64,000 bases of DNA from an uncultured bacterium (GTDB lineage: Bacteria > AUK180). Made by a program: the position numbers and the translations under genes. Under the pieces are notes generated by a model, which was not told the origin of the DNA, did not search any database, and saw only the letters and a list, made by a program, of their open reading frames with translations. The stretch lies in contig CALMGJ010000013.1 in assembly GCA_937863565.1 (NCBI GenBank), forward strand, positions 1-64,000, written 5' to 3'. How positions within the stretch are numbered: the first letter of the stretch is position 1; every line of letters starts with the position of its first letter. Positions 42,424-54,640 of the stretch are shown piece by piece.

Positions 42424-43518
42424 CTATTCCAGAAAACTCAGCGAGATGTCCCTGAAATAATAATCGATGATATATTTGAAAGAATTGCCGGCATCCGCAA
42501 GCGTCTTTGCGCCCCATTGACACATACCTACTCCGTGCCCGAATCCGCGGCCGCGGAAAATGATATTGAACCCGTCGATATCGATAGATTCGATGAAAAG
42601 GCTCTTGAGGTTCATCGGATCAAGGACTTCTCTGAGCTTTTTTCCCGATATCGAATAACGTGTGTCCATTTCTTCGTTGTAGAATTCGAAATTCTTTATC
42701 CTTCCCGAAGCGGTCCGGTCAATGACTCCTACGTCGGTGAAATAATCCACACCGTCACCGGACAGCGTAATGAGGCCGGCCAATTCCTCCATCGGTATTG
42801 CATATTCCCATTCGTATGAGGGTGATTGGGTGCAATGTCCGCATTCCACGGACGCGAGGTAAGGGAACCCGGTCCCCCAAAGGTCCACGGGATCCTCGGT
42901 CAATCCGCCGCAAGTGGAGGAGTAGAATATCTCGATCGGATAGTTCTCATAAGTCGCTACAATATCCTTAGTTTCTTCTACCGCCTGTTTGACCCTTTCA
43001 TATTCGGCGGCATTACCGGTGAATATCTGATATGTATTATCGCTTCCCAGATCATAATATTTCCTATGCTTCAGTATTTGAAAATACCCGTAGGTGCGTG
43101 CAAGAACAGCCTGAGCTTTCAGAGCTTCTTTAGGCCAGTCCACGGGCATCTCTCCGGGCAGGACGCCTTTAACATATTCCTCCAGGTCAAGGTGGAGAAC
43201 AGCACACACCTTTCCTTCAAGATTATATAAAAAGAACGCTCCTCTGTACGCATTACCGTTGATCTTGATGTAGGAAGCGGTCATCTTGAAGCTCTTGAAA
43301 ACACGCGTTCTTTCATTGTAGTATACGGAAAGCCCTGCGGAACTCTTCGAAACCGCGAAGGGCCCCTTGATATTGAGGACCTTGTCGTTAGCCATTATCT
43401 TCACGTCCGTACCTTCGCATTTCAGCACATTGTCCGATTCGGCCAGAACCCTTATGTTCACGGAATAAGCACTGAATAAGACCGTAAAAATGAGAAAAGC
43501 AAGGGCTGTTCTTTTCAA
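42424..43518 (-). CDS. SpoIID/LytB-domain lytic transglycosylase
   Basis: YRG, LEEYVKGVLPGEMP..WP.EALKAQAV.ARTY, YSSTCGG.TE, GRGFGHGVGMCQWGA. Confidence 0.93.
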   Translation of the reverse strand: MKRTALAFLIFTVLFSAYSVNIRVLAESDNVLKCEGTDVKIMANDKVLNIKGPFAVSKSSAGLSVYYNERTRVFKSFKMTASYIKINGNAYRGAFFLYNLEGKVCAVLHLDLEEYVKGVLPGEMPVDWPKEALKAQAVLARTYGYFQILKHRKYYDLGSDNTYQIFTGNAAEYERVKQAVEETKDIVATYENYPIEIFYSSTCGGLTEDPVDLWGTGFPYLASVECGHCTQSPSYEWEYAIPMEELAGLITLSGDGVDYFTDVGVIDRTASGRIKNFEFYNEEMDTRYSISGKKLREVLDPMNLKSLFIESIDIDGFNIIFRGRGFGHGVGMCQWGAKTLADAGNSFKYIIDYYFRDISLSFLE

Positions 43519-44549
43519 TGTCTTGATCGGCTCCTTTTTATTTTCTCGATGATACCTGCAGCTTCAGGTGAGTCGAGGAATTCATACGTGGAAGAAGGCA
43601 CCAGGTCTTTCACCTTCGATATCTCTCCGGCTTTCAGTAATTCCCTAACCTTCGAAGCCGAGATCGCTGTGCCTAAGGTCTCTTTTCTGGCCACTTCCAC
43701 AAGCTCTATCCCGAAAACCGGGAGTATTCTTTTCATAGTATCGTTATATTTTGAAGTCGTGCCGCAGTACGGTTCCGTCCCTACGAATCTTTTCCTGATT
43801 CCGAGATGCGGAGCGATATAACGGGCGAAAATCCTGATATCCATCTCCGTTTGCGCCGCAACGATACCGTCGTCCGTTTCATTTCTTAAGAAATACGTGG
43901 GGAATGTAGAACTTGAAATAATATATTTCCCGCCATTGAGGACGGTCACATTTTTAAGGTCCGCGGTCCCCTTGCGGATCAGGATCAGGCGCTCCTTGAA
44001 CGGGAATAGAGAAAGGTCCTCTTCAACGACGAACACATAAAGTTGAGCACAGGAGGCTGCGGCGGTCTTTATAAGATATCTGTGTCCGAGAGTGAAGGGA
44101 TTACAATTCACTACAACAGCCCCGTTCTCTCCCTCCTTCCGGTATATATTGAGCGTATCAAGGTACTTCTCTATAGATCCGGTCCCGATCTCCATAAGCA
44201 CTGCTTTTCCGGCACGTTCGATTTCTTTGAACCCCAATGCCGAAAATATGAAGGCATTGTCCGGTTTAGTGAAAAGGAACAGATGACTTCTGCCCAGTTC
44301 ATGCTCTTTTTTAAGAAGGGCCGTGATCACTCTTGATGTCAAACCGCCTTCCTGAACGCTTTCATCAACGGCTATACATTTCAGGATATCTTTGGAGAAA
44401 GATCCCGTCGCGAGCATCTTCCCGCCTTCCACAAGCGCAACCGTATATTCGATGTCGTCTTCGTAACCCAGACCGGACTTTTCGAGAAAAGCCCTGATCC
44501 GCGGTATTTCTTTCTTCCCTGTTTCGATGATCTTTATATCGTCAAACAT
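43515..44549 (-). CDS. citC: [Citrate (pro-3S)-lyase] ligase
   Basis: N-terminal GNAT-like ILKCIAV, LFTKP, VVNCNPFTLGHRYL, FVVEED.S.F, YIISSSTFPTYF, RFVGTEP, ISASKVR. Confidence 0.93.
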   Translation of the reverse strand: MFDDIKIIETGKKEIPRIRAFLEKSGLGYEDDIEYTVALVEGGKMLATGSFSKDILKCIAVDESVQEGGLTSRVITALLKKEHELGRSHLFLFTKPDNAFIFSALGFKEIERAGKAVLMEIGTGSIEKYLDTLNIYRKEGENGAVVVNCNPFTLGHRYLIKTAAASCAQLYVFVVEEDLSLFPFKERLILIRKGTADLKNVTVLNGGKYIISSSTFPTYFLRNETDDGIVAAQTEMDIRIFARYIAPHLGIRKRFVGTEPYCGTTSKYNDTMKRILPVFGIELVEVARKETLGTAISASKVRELLKAGEISKVKDLVPSSTYEFLDSPEAAGIIEKIKRSRSRH

Positions 44550-45549
44550 CCCATTCTCCGTAGATCGAATAGCCGCAATAAGGACATTTGCCTTCCTTGA
44601 GCGTATTTTTTACCGTATAGCCTTTTCTTGTAATGACAGTTTTGCCGCATGACGGGCATATGGTATCTGAAGTTCCTGGCATCATCGTATTCCCGAGATA
44701 TACGAAATTCAAGTTTTTCATAGCAGCTTTTCCGAAATGGACGAGTTGTTCTTCGGGGGTGGGCGGAGCGGTTTCCTTGTACTGGGGAAAATATCTTGAG
44801 ATGTGAAATGGGATCTCCTTTGAGATCGAGGAGATCCATTCCGTCATTTTCATGAACTCGCTCATGTCGTCATTTTTGCCGGGGATCAGAAGAAAGGTCA
44901 GTTCGAGATGCTTTCCTGCTTTGAATATCCGTTCTGCAGTGGTCTTGGCCGTTTTAAGGTCCCCACCCGCGTACCGCGAATAGAAATCGCTTTTAAAGGA
45001 CTTTATATCAATATTCGCGGCCGAGATCCAGGGAAGAAGCTCGTCAAGGGGTTCCGCGGAGATCTGGCCATTGGATACTATGACATTTTTTATCCCTCTT
45101 CCGGAAAGGAGCTTGGCCGAATCAAGCATGAATTCGAAGAAAACAACGGGTTCATTGTAAGTAAAAGCGGCATAGCCGGAACCCGTTTTTTCGGCATTCT
45201 CCAGAATATCCCGAGGGGTGGCTTCAAAATAGTTACCGGCGTATTCTATCCGCGAGATCGTGTAGTTCTGGCAGAACGGGCAATGCATATTGCATCCGTA
45301 AGAACCGATGGATAAGATCCCGGATCCGGGATGAAAATGATAGAGCGGTTTCTTTTCCACGGGATCTATCCCCAGGGATGTTACATGGCCGTAATTCAGC
45401 GAGATCAAAGTGCCCTTATCATTCATCCTGACGCCGCAGAATCCCCTGCGGCCTTCCCCTATTATGCAATAATGGGGGCAGAGAAGGCATTTCACGCCAT
45501 TATCGGTAAGGTGTTCAAAGTAAAGTGCTTTAGTGCTTTTCTTTGGCAT
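44542..45549 (-). CDS. amrS: AmmeMemoRadiSAM system radical SAM enzyme
   Basis: CLLCPHYC...G.CGVR.N, DPVEKKPLYHF.PG, GCNMHCPFCQN, FTYNEP, C-terminal CP.C pairs; start placed at ATG 45549. Confidence 0.9.
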   Translation of the reverse strand: MPKKSTKALYFEHLTDNGVKCLLCPHYCIIGEGRRGFCGVRMNDKGTLISLNYGHVTSLGIDPVEKKPLYHFHPGSGILSIGSYGCNMHCPFCQNYTISRIEYAGNYFEATPRDILENAEKTGSGYAAFTYNEPVVFFEFMLDSAKLLSGRGIKNVIVSNGQISAEPLDELLPWISAANIDIKSFKSDFYSRYAGGDLKTAKTTAERIFKAGKHLELTFLLIPGKNDDMSEFMKMTEWISSISKEIPFHISRYFPQYKETAPPTPEEQLVHFGKAAMKNLNFVYLGNTMMPGTSDTICPSCGKTVITRKGYTVKNTLKEGKCPYCGYSIYGEWDV

Positions 45550-46054
45550 AAAAATGCTCCCTTGCCTTCTGAACAAAAGCCCTGACATCGGGCAGCTTAT
45601 AGTCGGGATATGTCCACGGAAAAGCTTCAAAGTGCTTATCCTTATAGAATAAAGTGACCTCTGCATAGATCCCGCCGCCGAGATGTATGCGGTGATAGAA
45701 ATTCTTGGTGGATGCCAGGATAAGCTTGGACAGTTCAATACAGCCAATATCGAAGTTAACGGTCCTCTTTCCCGATCTTTTCATTCCGTCCTCTATTCTA
45801 TTGGAGATCATTTTATCGTTTTTCAGATCTGAAGGGTCGATGATCCTGTTAAAATACGCGTAATATTTCCTTATCCCCGCCCCCATCTCTTCATCATAGT
45901 ATTTCGAGATCGACGAGAAATCGACGGGGCCGAATATTTCAACAGGGGCGCCGAAGGCATCTTCGAATGAAGAGAGGTTGTCCAAAGGGATTCCGGGAGC
46001 AAGCATTATACCGGCAAAGGATAAGGCTTTTTCCGGGTTCCTTATCTCTCCCAC
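45530..46054 (-). CDS. DUF4416-family protein
   Basis: YY.EEMG, L...K..SN.IE, R.VN.D.G, LASTKN..HRI.L..GIYAEVTL, PWTYPDY. Confidence 0.85.
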   Translation of the reverse strand: MGEIRNPEKALSFAGIMLAPGIPLDNLSSFEDAFGAPVEIFGPVDFSSISKYYDEEMGAGIRKYYAYFNRIIDPSDLKNDKMISNRIEDGMKRSGKRTVNFDIGCIELSKLILASTKNFYHRIHLGGGIYAEVTLFYKDKHFEAFPWTYPDYKLPDVRAFVQKAREHFYAKEKH

Positions 46055-46075
46055 AGGGCTCCCCCCGGTCCGTAT

Positions 46076-46624
46076 TCATTTTTTTCTTTCATTTCCGCTG
46101 AGTTCCTCTATTGTAAAAACGCCATTGGTATAGACGCATATTTCAGATGCTATCTTGAGCGATCTTTCAACGATCTCTCGTGCGGTCAGTCCGGTTTCCT
46201 GATACAAAGCTATTGCCGCAGCCTGAGCGTAAGGAGCTCCCGAACCTATTGCGAGAATATTATCCTCTCTTGTCAGGACATCTCCCGTACCCGATATCAT
46301 AAGGGATATCTCCGGATTGACGGCTATTATCATTGCTTCCAACCTTCTTAGCATGCGGTCGGTCCGCCACAGTTTGGCAAGCTCCACGGAGGCCTTGAGA
46401 AGATTATCCGGATAGTTCTTGAGGAATTCCTGGAGTTTTTCGAAAAGCGTGAACGCATCGGCCGTGGCTCCCGCAAAACCGATAAGCACATTGTATTCGG
46501 GCAGGACCCTGATCTTTTTCGCATCGCTTTTGATAACCGTATCGCCGAAAGTCACCTGGCCGTCTCCGCCCAGTACTACTGAACTACCCTTTCTAACCGA
46601 AAGTATGGTGGTCCCTTTAAACAT
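46076..46624 (-). CDS. hslV: ATP-dependent protease peptidase subunit
   Basis: [49 protein letters not shown]. Confidence 0.97.
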   Translation of the reverse strand: MFKGTTILSVRKGSSVVLGGDGQVTFGDTVIKSDAKKIRVLPEYNVLIGFAGATADAFTLFEKLQEFLKNYPDNLLKASVELAKLWRTDRMLRRLEAMIIAVNPEISLMISGTGDVLTREDNILAIGSGAPYAQAAAIALYQETGLTAREIVERSLKIASEICVYTNGVFTIEELSGNERKK

Positions 46625-47705
46625 CCTTCGCCTCCAGAATATTTCTTAAGTGTTTTGAGGCATTCACGGCATAATCCTCCTGCCCCAGCATCCCGGCCAG
46701 TGTTTCGCTCGCATTCCCGTATCCTTCAAGGGACTTGATCTGCTCCATTATATGAGCACGGATCGCATCCGGTTCGGCAGCGCTTTGGATGAACTCCCTG
46801 TATGCCTCCCTTCCCAGCACTATATTGGGAAGACCTATATGTTCGATCCTTGATACGGTCCTGCCTATTATATAACTCATCAAGCTCACTTTATATATTA
46901 TTACAAAAGGTATGCCAAGAAGCGCAGCTTCAAGAGTGGCTGTACCCGATGATATCATCGCAAAAACACATCTATCCGCTGTTTCATAATATTTTCCCGT
47001 TTCGATCCGGCAATCAAAGCCTTGTGAAGAAACGATCTCACGCGCCGCAGGAAGGAGGGCTGAGGGTATATTCATGACGAACCTGAACCCTTTTAAAAGT
47101 TCGGCGGTCTTCATCATGACCGGCAAGTTCTTCTTCAATTCATTGAGCCGGCTCCCCGGGAAAAGCCCTATCATGTCTTTTTCCACCACCCGTTCGGGGT
47201 GATCGCTCCTGAAGGTTTTTATCTTTTTTACTACCGGATGTCCTATATAGTGACATTTTTCCCCGTAGATGGCCTGTTCGAAAGGAAGAATGGAAAGCAG
47301 AATATCTGAAGAACCGAGTATGCGTTCTTTTCGGTCCATACCCCAGGCCCAGATCTGCGGAAGGATGTAATAACATGTCCTGAATCCTTTGGCATGCGCC
47401 CATGACAGGAACGGAATATTGAAACCCGGGTAATCAACCGCAATGACGAGGTCGGGAGACTCCCTCAGAACGCTTCTTTTTAATTCTTCCCTTATTCTTA
47501 GTAGACGTGGTAAATGCGCCAGGACTTCAGTAAAACCCACTACGGACATCTGTGATATATCCTGTACGATCCTGCATCCGGCAGCCCTCAAATGCCCGCC
47601 GCCGCAAGCAATGAATTCCGCACGGGTATCCTTCATCAGCGCTTCAACAAGGTCGGCAGCTCTAAGGTCGCCGGATTCCTCTCCCGCAATGATGAAGATC
47701 TTCAT
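46617..47705 (-). CDS. lpxB: Lipid-A-disaccharide synthase
   Basis: [50 protein letters not shown]. Confidence 0.95.
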   Translation of the reverse strand: MKIFIIAGEESGDLRAADLVEALMKDTRAEFIACGGGHLRAAGCRIVQDISQMSVVGFTEVLAHLPRLLRIREELKRSVLRESPDLVIAVDYPGFNIPFLSWAHAKGFRTCYYILPQIWAWGMDRKERILGSSDILLSILPFEQAIYGEKCHYIGHPVVKKIKTFRSDHPERVVEKDMIGLFPGSRLNELKKNLPVMMKTAELLKGFRFVMNIPSALLPAAREIVSSQGFDCRIETGKYYETADRCVFAMISSGTATLEAALLGIPFVIIYKVSLMSYIIGRTVSRIEHIGLPNIVLGREAYREFIQSAAEPDAIRAHIMEQIKSLEGYGNASETLAGMLGQEDYAVNASKHLRNILEAKDV

Positions 47706-48286
47706 CCGAACAGGCCCTTAATGAATTCCGATACAGTTTCTTTGAGCCCTGTTCTGAGAAGGCACACTACAATGAGAGGTAAAAGCGAGGCCAGAAATTC
47801 CCCTGTCGAAAGAAGAGAAACTTCATTCTCTCTTCTAAGAAAGTCGCCGATGCCTACCGTGAAATTCGGGAAAAGGAACGGAACGCTTAACTTATAAGTA
47901 TTGTAGGCCGGGAAACGCTCTTTGTACAAACTGTCTTTCTGAAGGAAAATGACGAAGAACATAATGATGATAAGCGAGAACATGAAAAGCGCAGAAATTA
48001 CTGTGGGCATGAAAAGAAGCGCGCTCAGCATCTGCACGGCATAACCCGATTCATACGGATTCCTCACCACTTTAAAGAAGAACTCGGGTTTGCTTACCGC
48101 AGTGAACACCATACGCGGCTTGCTTATCGATCTGATAAGACTGCCGGCGGCCAACAGCAGCAGCGCGAAGATGAAAATAAATCCGCTCCCCCGGTCTTTC
48201 CCTATGATGAATATCAGTATGAAATAAGCTATGAATACCGCTTTTAAGGCATGTATTCCCCTGTAGATCCTTTTATCCCGGGACAT
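47702..48286 (-). CDS. Membrane protein, divergent ICMT/phospholipid-methyltransferase-like
   Basis: TM helices; FKVVRNPY..G and L..RFP.Y..YK..VP.LFP patterns. Confidence 0.55.
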   Translation of the reverse strand: MSRDKRIYRGIHALKAVFIAYFILIFIIGKDRGSGFIFIFALLLLAAGSLIRSISKPRMVFTAVSKPEFFFKVVRNPYESGYAVQMLSALLFMPTVISALFMFSLIIIMFFVIFLQKDSLYKERFPAYNTYKLSVPFLFPNFTVGIGDFLRRENEVSLLSTGEFLASLLPLIVVCLLRTGLKETVSEFIKGLFG

Positions 48287-48291
48287 GATCC

Positions 48292-49875
<1,584 letters not shown>

Positions 49876-49883
49876 ATCTTATT

Positions 49884-51725
49884 ATGTTTTTGATACCTAT
49901 AGGGACGGACCAGAAATTCAGAAAATTCCCGGTGATCTCCGTTGTTCTGATCTTCCTTATGATAGTGACTTTCTTTATCACTTCATCCCAAAGGCGCGAA
50001 TTGATCGAAAGGGAGAATTTCCTGATCGCGAAGATCCGGACGATGATCTCGGATCATCTTATGCAGCAGGACGGATACCTGAAAGGTTACTGGACGGATA
50101 TCGAAGAGCGCATCGAATCTCTTACACAGGAAGTTCTAAAAGGCGAGTTCGGGAATATAAACGACGAAAGAACGGCAGAAAAAATCGGGGATGCGGTCGC
50201 AGAGATATCCGGGATCATTTCCCGGGACCCTTACAGAAGGTTCGGATTCCTGCCCGGAAGGCCTAGCCTGCTCGGAGCTGTCACTTGCGCTTTTCTTCAT
50301 GCCGACATCATGCATCTTGCCTCGAATCTGTATTTCCTTTTCCTTTTCGGGGCTTTTATCGAGGATTTTCTCGGGAAGAAGAGATATCTTATCTATTTTC
50401 TCGTTTGTTCGATCGCCGCATCGTATTTCCACGGAATGCTCGCACCGACCGGCATGAAGGATATCCCGCTGATAGGAGCATCGGGAGCGATCTCGGGCTT
50501 GATGTCGGGTTTTCTTATCTTCTTCTTAAGCGCCAAGATCAGATATTTTCTTTTTCTGTTCCTCTTTTTTCGATTTTATACGAAGACCTTCTTCCTTCCG
50601 TCCTTTGTCGCTCTGCCGGTATGGTTTTTAATGGAAGTGTTCAATCACATAGCCTCCAAAGGAGAATCGGACGTAGCGCATTCCGGACATATCGGAGGTT
50701 TTCTGGCGGGACTTCTGATCACTGCCGTGATAAGGCTGTCTCCTCTCTACGAAAAATTCAAGGACGATTATTTCAGGGAGGCGACAATAGAGAATCCGGA
50801 CAGTTACCTTGATGACATTGACGATCTTATCGCAGAACAGAAATACCGTGAAGCGCTCAATATCGCCCGGGAAGGACTCCGCGTAAGACCGGATTACATG
50901 CCTCTGATCAGACAGAAACTCCGGATCTACAAGCTCATGGAGGATAAACCTTCGATCTTAAGCGTTTACAAAGATATCTTCCGTATCACGGCGGCGAACG
51001 GAGAGATGAATGCGGGTGATTTCATTGATGCTTATAGTCAATTCGGTCTGAATGTAACGGAAAAGAAATATTTTCCCGAGATCTTAAGACAGCTGAACCA
51101 CGAGTATAATTTCGAAGGGACCGAAAATTTCGCCGGGATCTTCCTCAAGGAAATAAAGGACAAAGGCTCGAAACTATATTCGATGTGCCTGCTTTACCTC
51201 ATAAGGGCTTATATCGCATCCCATAAATTCTACGAGGCCGTGATAAAGATCAGCGAAGGTTTGCTGCTTTATTCTGGCGATAAACAGGAATCCGACAAAT
51301 ACCTTGAACTTCAGAGAGAAGTCTTCTTCAAAATGATGCCCGGAGAACCGCCTTACATTGAGAAACTGCTCGCCCTGGAGGAGTGCAGAATAAAAAAGAA
51401 CAGGACGGGCTTCATTGCGCTTTATGATGAAATTTCAAGAACCGCCGCGCCGGCCTTCACATTTGAGCAGCTTCTCTACCGTTCCGAACTTATAGATGAG
51501 ACTACATCATACCGCGAGATCGTCGGCATATACAAGAAACTTTCCACTTCATTTGAGCAACACCCGCTGATCCATATCGTCTATTTCCGTATGGGAGAAT
51601 TGATCCTGAAGATAAAGAAGGACAGGACAACGGCGCTGAAATATCTCTCCGAAGCTCAGATCATGTGCAAGAACGCAGAACATTCGGAGAAGATAAGGCT
51701 CAGGATCAAGGAGCTTGAGAAATGA
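49884..51725 (+). CDS. Rhomboid-family intramembrane serine protease with a long C-terminal helical/TPR region
   Basis: FLHADIMHL..N, FG..IED..G, IGASGAISG, VAHSGHIGGF; helical C-terminal half. Confidence 0.9.
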   Translation: MFLIPIGTDQKFRKFPVISVVLIFLMIVTFFITSSQRRELIERENFLIAKIRTMISDHLMQQDGYLKGYWTDIEERIESLTQEVLKGEFGNINDERTAEKIGDAVAEISGIISRDPYRRFGFLPGRPSLLGAVTCAFLHADIMHLASNLYFLFLFGAFIEDFLGKKRYLIYFLVCSIAASYFHGMLAPTGMKDIPLIGASGAISGLMSGFLIFFLSAKIRYFLFLFLFFRFYTKTFFLPSFVALPVWFLMEVFNHIASKGESDVAHSGHIGGFLAGLLITAVIRLSPLYEKFKDDYFREATIENPDSYLDDIDDLIAEQKYREALNIAREGLRVRPDYMPLIRQKLRIYKLMEDKPSILSVYKDIFRITAANGEMNAGDFIDAYSQFGLNVTEKKYFPEILRQLNHEYNFEGTENFAGIFLKEIKDKGSKLYSMCLLYLIRAYIASHKFYEAVIKISEGLLLYSGDKQESDKYLELQREVFFKMMPGEPPYIEKLLALEECRIKKNRTGFIALYDEISRTAAPAFTFEQLLYRSELIDETTSYREIVGIYKKLSTSFEQHPLIHIVYFRMGELILKIKKDRTTALKYLSEAQIMCKNAEHSEKIRLRIKELEK

Positions 51726-51765
51726 TCTCCCGGTTCATGTGGAAAGGCCCTTACGGGCATGCGGT

Positions 51766-53241
51766 TCACCTGATATAATAAACCTTTTTCCGTTTTCTCA
51801 GAAGAAAGATCAGATAGAAGATAATGAATCCCGCCCAGATCGGAGTATAACCGAATTTCTGCCATAAGGTCTTTGAACAGCGCGGATAGGCCTCGAAGGT
51901 CTTCACTTCAGGAACGAAAAGAGATGTTCTGAAATGTATCTTTCCTCTGGCGTCCGCATAAAATGATATTCCGCAGTTTGAGACTTTTATGAAATCCCTT
52001 CTATTCTCAACCGCCCTGAACACGGAGAGGGCGTTGATCTCTTTCGAGACCGGTTTATCGAGGAACCAGGCTTCATTGGAGATATTGATAAGTATGTCCG
52101 CACCATTGTTTGCAAAACCGCGTGACAGTTCCGGATATGCCGCTTCGAGACAGATATTCACGCCCATCGAGGCGTATACGGTGTTGAAGATCGTATATTC
52201 CCGGGACGGCTCCGTCCCCTTGCCAAGCACAAGTTTCTTGAGGAAACGAAGCGGAGAATACTCTGCAAAAGGCGCCGGTTTGAGTTTGAAGTAAGATTGG
52301 ATGATCCGTCCCTTATGCAGGAGAAAAGCGGCGTTCTTCTTCCGTGAATGTTCATAACAGTAGAAATAACTGAAGTCAAAATACTCGCTTCCGAGAAGCA
52401 GGAACTTGCCCCGCGACGCATTTGAGAAGGTCTCGTATGTCCTGGGGTATTTGGTCATATCATTGGGCGTGGCGGTTTCGGGAAGCAGAAATATTTCCGT
52501 GCGCTCATCCGCTGAAGATATCAAGTCCGCACTTTTCTTGAGGTTGCGCAGAAGAAAGTCCGAATTCCATTTAAGATGCTGTTCGATACATGGTTGTATG
52601 AGAGTGAACCTGACGGGAACGGTATTCTGCCTGAACATATGAAGCCGTGCTGCGCCATAGAGCATATTCCCGGCGAAAACGAGAACCAGTAGGCTCAGGA
52701 TCTGAGGTTTATCGCTTGCAGGTTCCACAAAGAAAGAGAAAAGGCAGATATTGACGCACACGATCAAAGCGGATACAAAATACATCGAACCGAGGTCGGC
52801 GGATTGAATGAACGGAAGGAACCTGTAAAGTGCCGAAGAAAAGGAACACCCGTTGTAGCCGCCTAAAAGAGTTCCCCTTGCGATCTCGAGGAGTGCAAAA
52901 AGAAAAGAAGCGGCAAGGATCTCGGGGATGGATGCGAAACGGATGCGCAGTACTTTGCAGAGAAATCCCCACAATCCCGTATAAAAAGCAAGATAAGCCG
53001 TCATCACGGCAAGTACTTTCCATGACCAGATCATTCTGAGCCAGAGATATTGAGGAACATAGAAAAGGACTGCGGAGAGCGTGAAGTAGAAAAAAGCCTC
53101 CGCGGTATTGGTCCTCCTGTATATGTAAAGCAAAGGAATGAGAGCAAAAAAGATCAAAAAGGATATCTCTCTCGGATAGAATGCGAAAAACATTAATATC
53201 GAGGAAAGAAGTGAAAGAAGGATTTTATTTAAGGTCTTCAT
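51766..53241 (-). CDS. lnt: Apolipoprotein N-acyltransferase
   Basis: TM N-terminus, IQP.I.Q..KW, LPETA, Y.K....PFAEY.P, ICLE..YP, NISNEAWF, RAVENRR, N.GIS. Confidence 0.92.
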   Translation of the reverse strand: MKTLNKILLSLLSSILMFFAFYPREISFLIFFALIPLLYIYRRTNTAEAFFYFTLSAVLFYVPQYLWLRMIWSWKVLAVMTAYLAFYTGLWGFLCKVLRIRFASIPEILAASFLFALLEIARGTLLGGYNGCSFSSALYRFLPFIQSADLGSMYFVSALIVCVNICLFSFFVEPASDKPQILSLLVLVFAGNMLYGAARLHMFRQNTVPVRFTLIQPCIEQHLKWNSDFLLRNLKKSADLISSADERTEIFLLPETATPNDMTKYPRTYETFSNASRGKFLLLGSEYFDFSYFYCYEHSRKKNAAFLLHKGRIIQSYFKLKPAPFAEYSPLRFLKKLVLGKGTEPSREYTIFNTVYASMGVNICLEAAYPELSRGFANNGADILINISNEAWFLDKPVSKEINALSVFRAVENRRDFIKVSNCGISFYADARGKIHFRTSLFVPEVKTFEAYPRCSKTLWQKFGYTPIWAGFIIFYLIFLLRKRKKVYYIR

Positions 53242-54640
53242 ATGAACAGATCATGATGTTGCGGTATATTTCCATTATTATCGCCGACTGAGTAAAGAAA
53301 GCGTTAGCATCGGCAAAGGAAAGAGAGGTCCTCTCGAAGATACCTCCCTTCATTCTCAGGACGCCGGCGCCGTATGCGCCGATATATAATATGCCATCCT
53401 TGACCGTGTAGGAGTTTATCGCACCGGAGAAGATCTTTTTCACACCCCGCTCTTCATATGAATAAAGGCCGTCATTGGCTATTAAATAAAGCCGTTCGTT
53501 ATGAACGAACATTTCCTTTACGCCTTTCTCAAAACCGGATATCTTTTCAAGTTTGTCCCCTTTTACGGTGAACAGACCGAACTTCAATGATGAAGCCACC
53601 ATCCGCTGCAGATCGAAACCAGAGAAATACATGTTCTCTTTCCGCAAGGCCTCTTTGAGGTCTTTAAAAAGTACGGCATTTCTTGTGAATATATATTCCC
53701 CGTTTATCCCGGTTATCTCATCAGTTACCGTATCGCCTGCAGGGCTGCGGATAAGGCCGGAACGCATATAAAGGGTCTCGCCCGAAACACCGGCCAGCAG
53801 GCCGTAAGGATCGATGGCCTGAAATGTATCCGCATCGATGACGCCTCTGTCGAAAGAGGAGATCACATGTCTCCCTTTAAGATCGAACACCCTGTGTACA
53901 AACGCCTTTCTTTCGGGAAGAGCTGTGATGAGAGCGTCTCCGCCGGGATACTCCCTTATTTCCTCACCGCAGGCAATAAGCGTTCCGTTCCTTTTCTCCA
54001 GGGATCTCACGCCGGAATACGGCAGTCTCTCACCTTCCCGCATCAGTCCGCCGGTCACGGTTATCCCGTAAAGGGTCCCGTCAAATACATAACATTTAAC
54101 AATATCATTATCGATAAGGGCTTTTTCCGCACGGGCGGCCAGAGCTGATCGCGGATCGTTTTTTTCGATCTTCTTCAGGTAGCCGTCCGCAACAAGATAA
54201 TATTCTCTTTTGCTTTTTTTCAATATAACGGCATCGCCTTCGACCAGGACCTCGTATCTTCCCCTGAACATCTTCGTCCTGTTCATCTTCTCGTCGAAGA
54301 ATTCCGTCATCCCGTAGGAAACGACGCAGACCGAATTCCCGCATTTTTCCGTAAGGTAGATGCAATCTTTATAATGTATGGAATTCCTGAATTTCAGATC
54401 ATGGTTCAGAACACAGATATTCTTCACGGCTCCTATGAAGAAACCTTCTTTCGTCCTGATGATCTTCCTGTAACCTATGAAACCGAGTTCTTTAAGTGAA
54501 ACGGTCCTGTCGTTGAAACGGATATCCGCTTCAGAAAGATAAATGTTCTCAGACGGAATGGTACTGTAGTACTGTCCCCAGGCGGACGCGAGAAAAAATA
54601 ATAACGGTAAAAAGCGGACTGCTATTTTACTGCGATGCAA
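53225..54640 (-). CDS. Hypothetical exported beta-rich (propeller-like) protein
   Basis: Signal-peptide-like N-terminus; repeated S...G.. and LYIGAYGAGV beta motifs; start uncertain. Confidence 0.6.
   Translation of the reverse strand: MHRSKIAVRFLPLLFFLASAWGQYYSTIPSENIYLSEADIRFNDRTVSLKELGFIGYRKIIRTKEGFFIGAVKNICVLNHDLKFRNSIHYKDCIYLTEKCGNSVCVVSYGMTEFFDEKMNRTKMFRGRYEVLVEGDAVILKKSKREYYLVADGYLKKIEKNDPRSALAARAEKALIDNDIVKCYVFDGTLYGITVTGGLMREGERLPYSGVRSLEKRNGTLIACGEEIREYPGGDALITALPERKAFVHRVFDLKGRHVISSFDRGVIDADTFQAIDPYGLLAGVSGETLYMRSGLIRSPAGDTVTDEITGINGEYIFTRNAVLFKDLKEALRKENMYFSGFDLQRMVASSLKFGLFTVKGDKLEKISGFEKGVKEMFVHNERLYLIANDGLYSYEERGVKKIFSGAINSYTVKDGILYIGAYGAGVLRMKGGIFERTSLSFADANAFFTQSAIIMEIYRNIMICSYEDLK

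Noticed and set aside
42301-42819. 172-aa plus-strand ORF following the permease
   Set aside because: It runs through the heptad repeat and then antisense into the SpoIID gene, with no protein-like features.
45550-45747. N-terminal extension of amrS in the ORF track (similar extensions on tgt, the kinase, the TIGR01212 protein and tsaE)
   Set aside because: These extensions overlap upstream genes or promoters; family homology begins at downstream ATGs.
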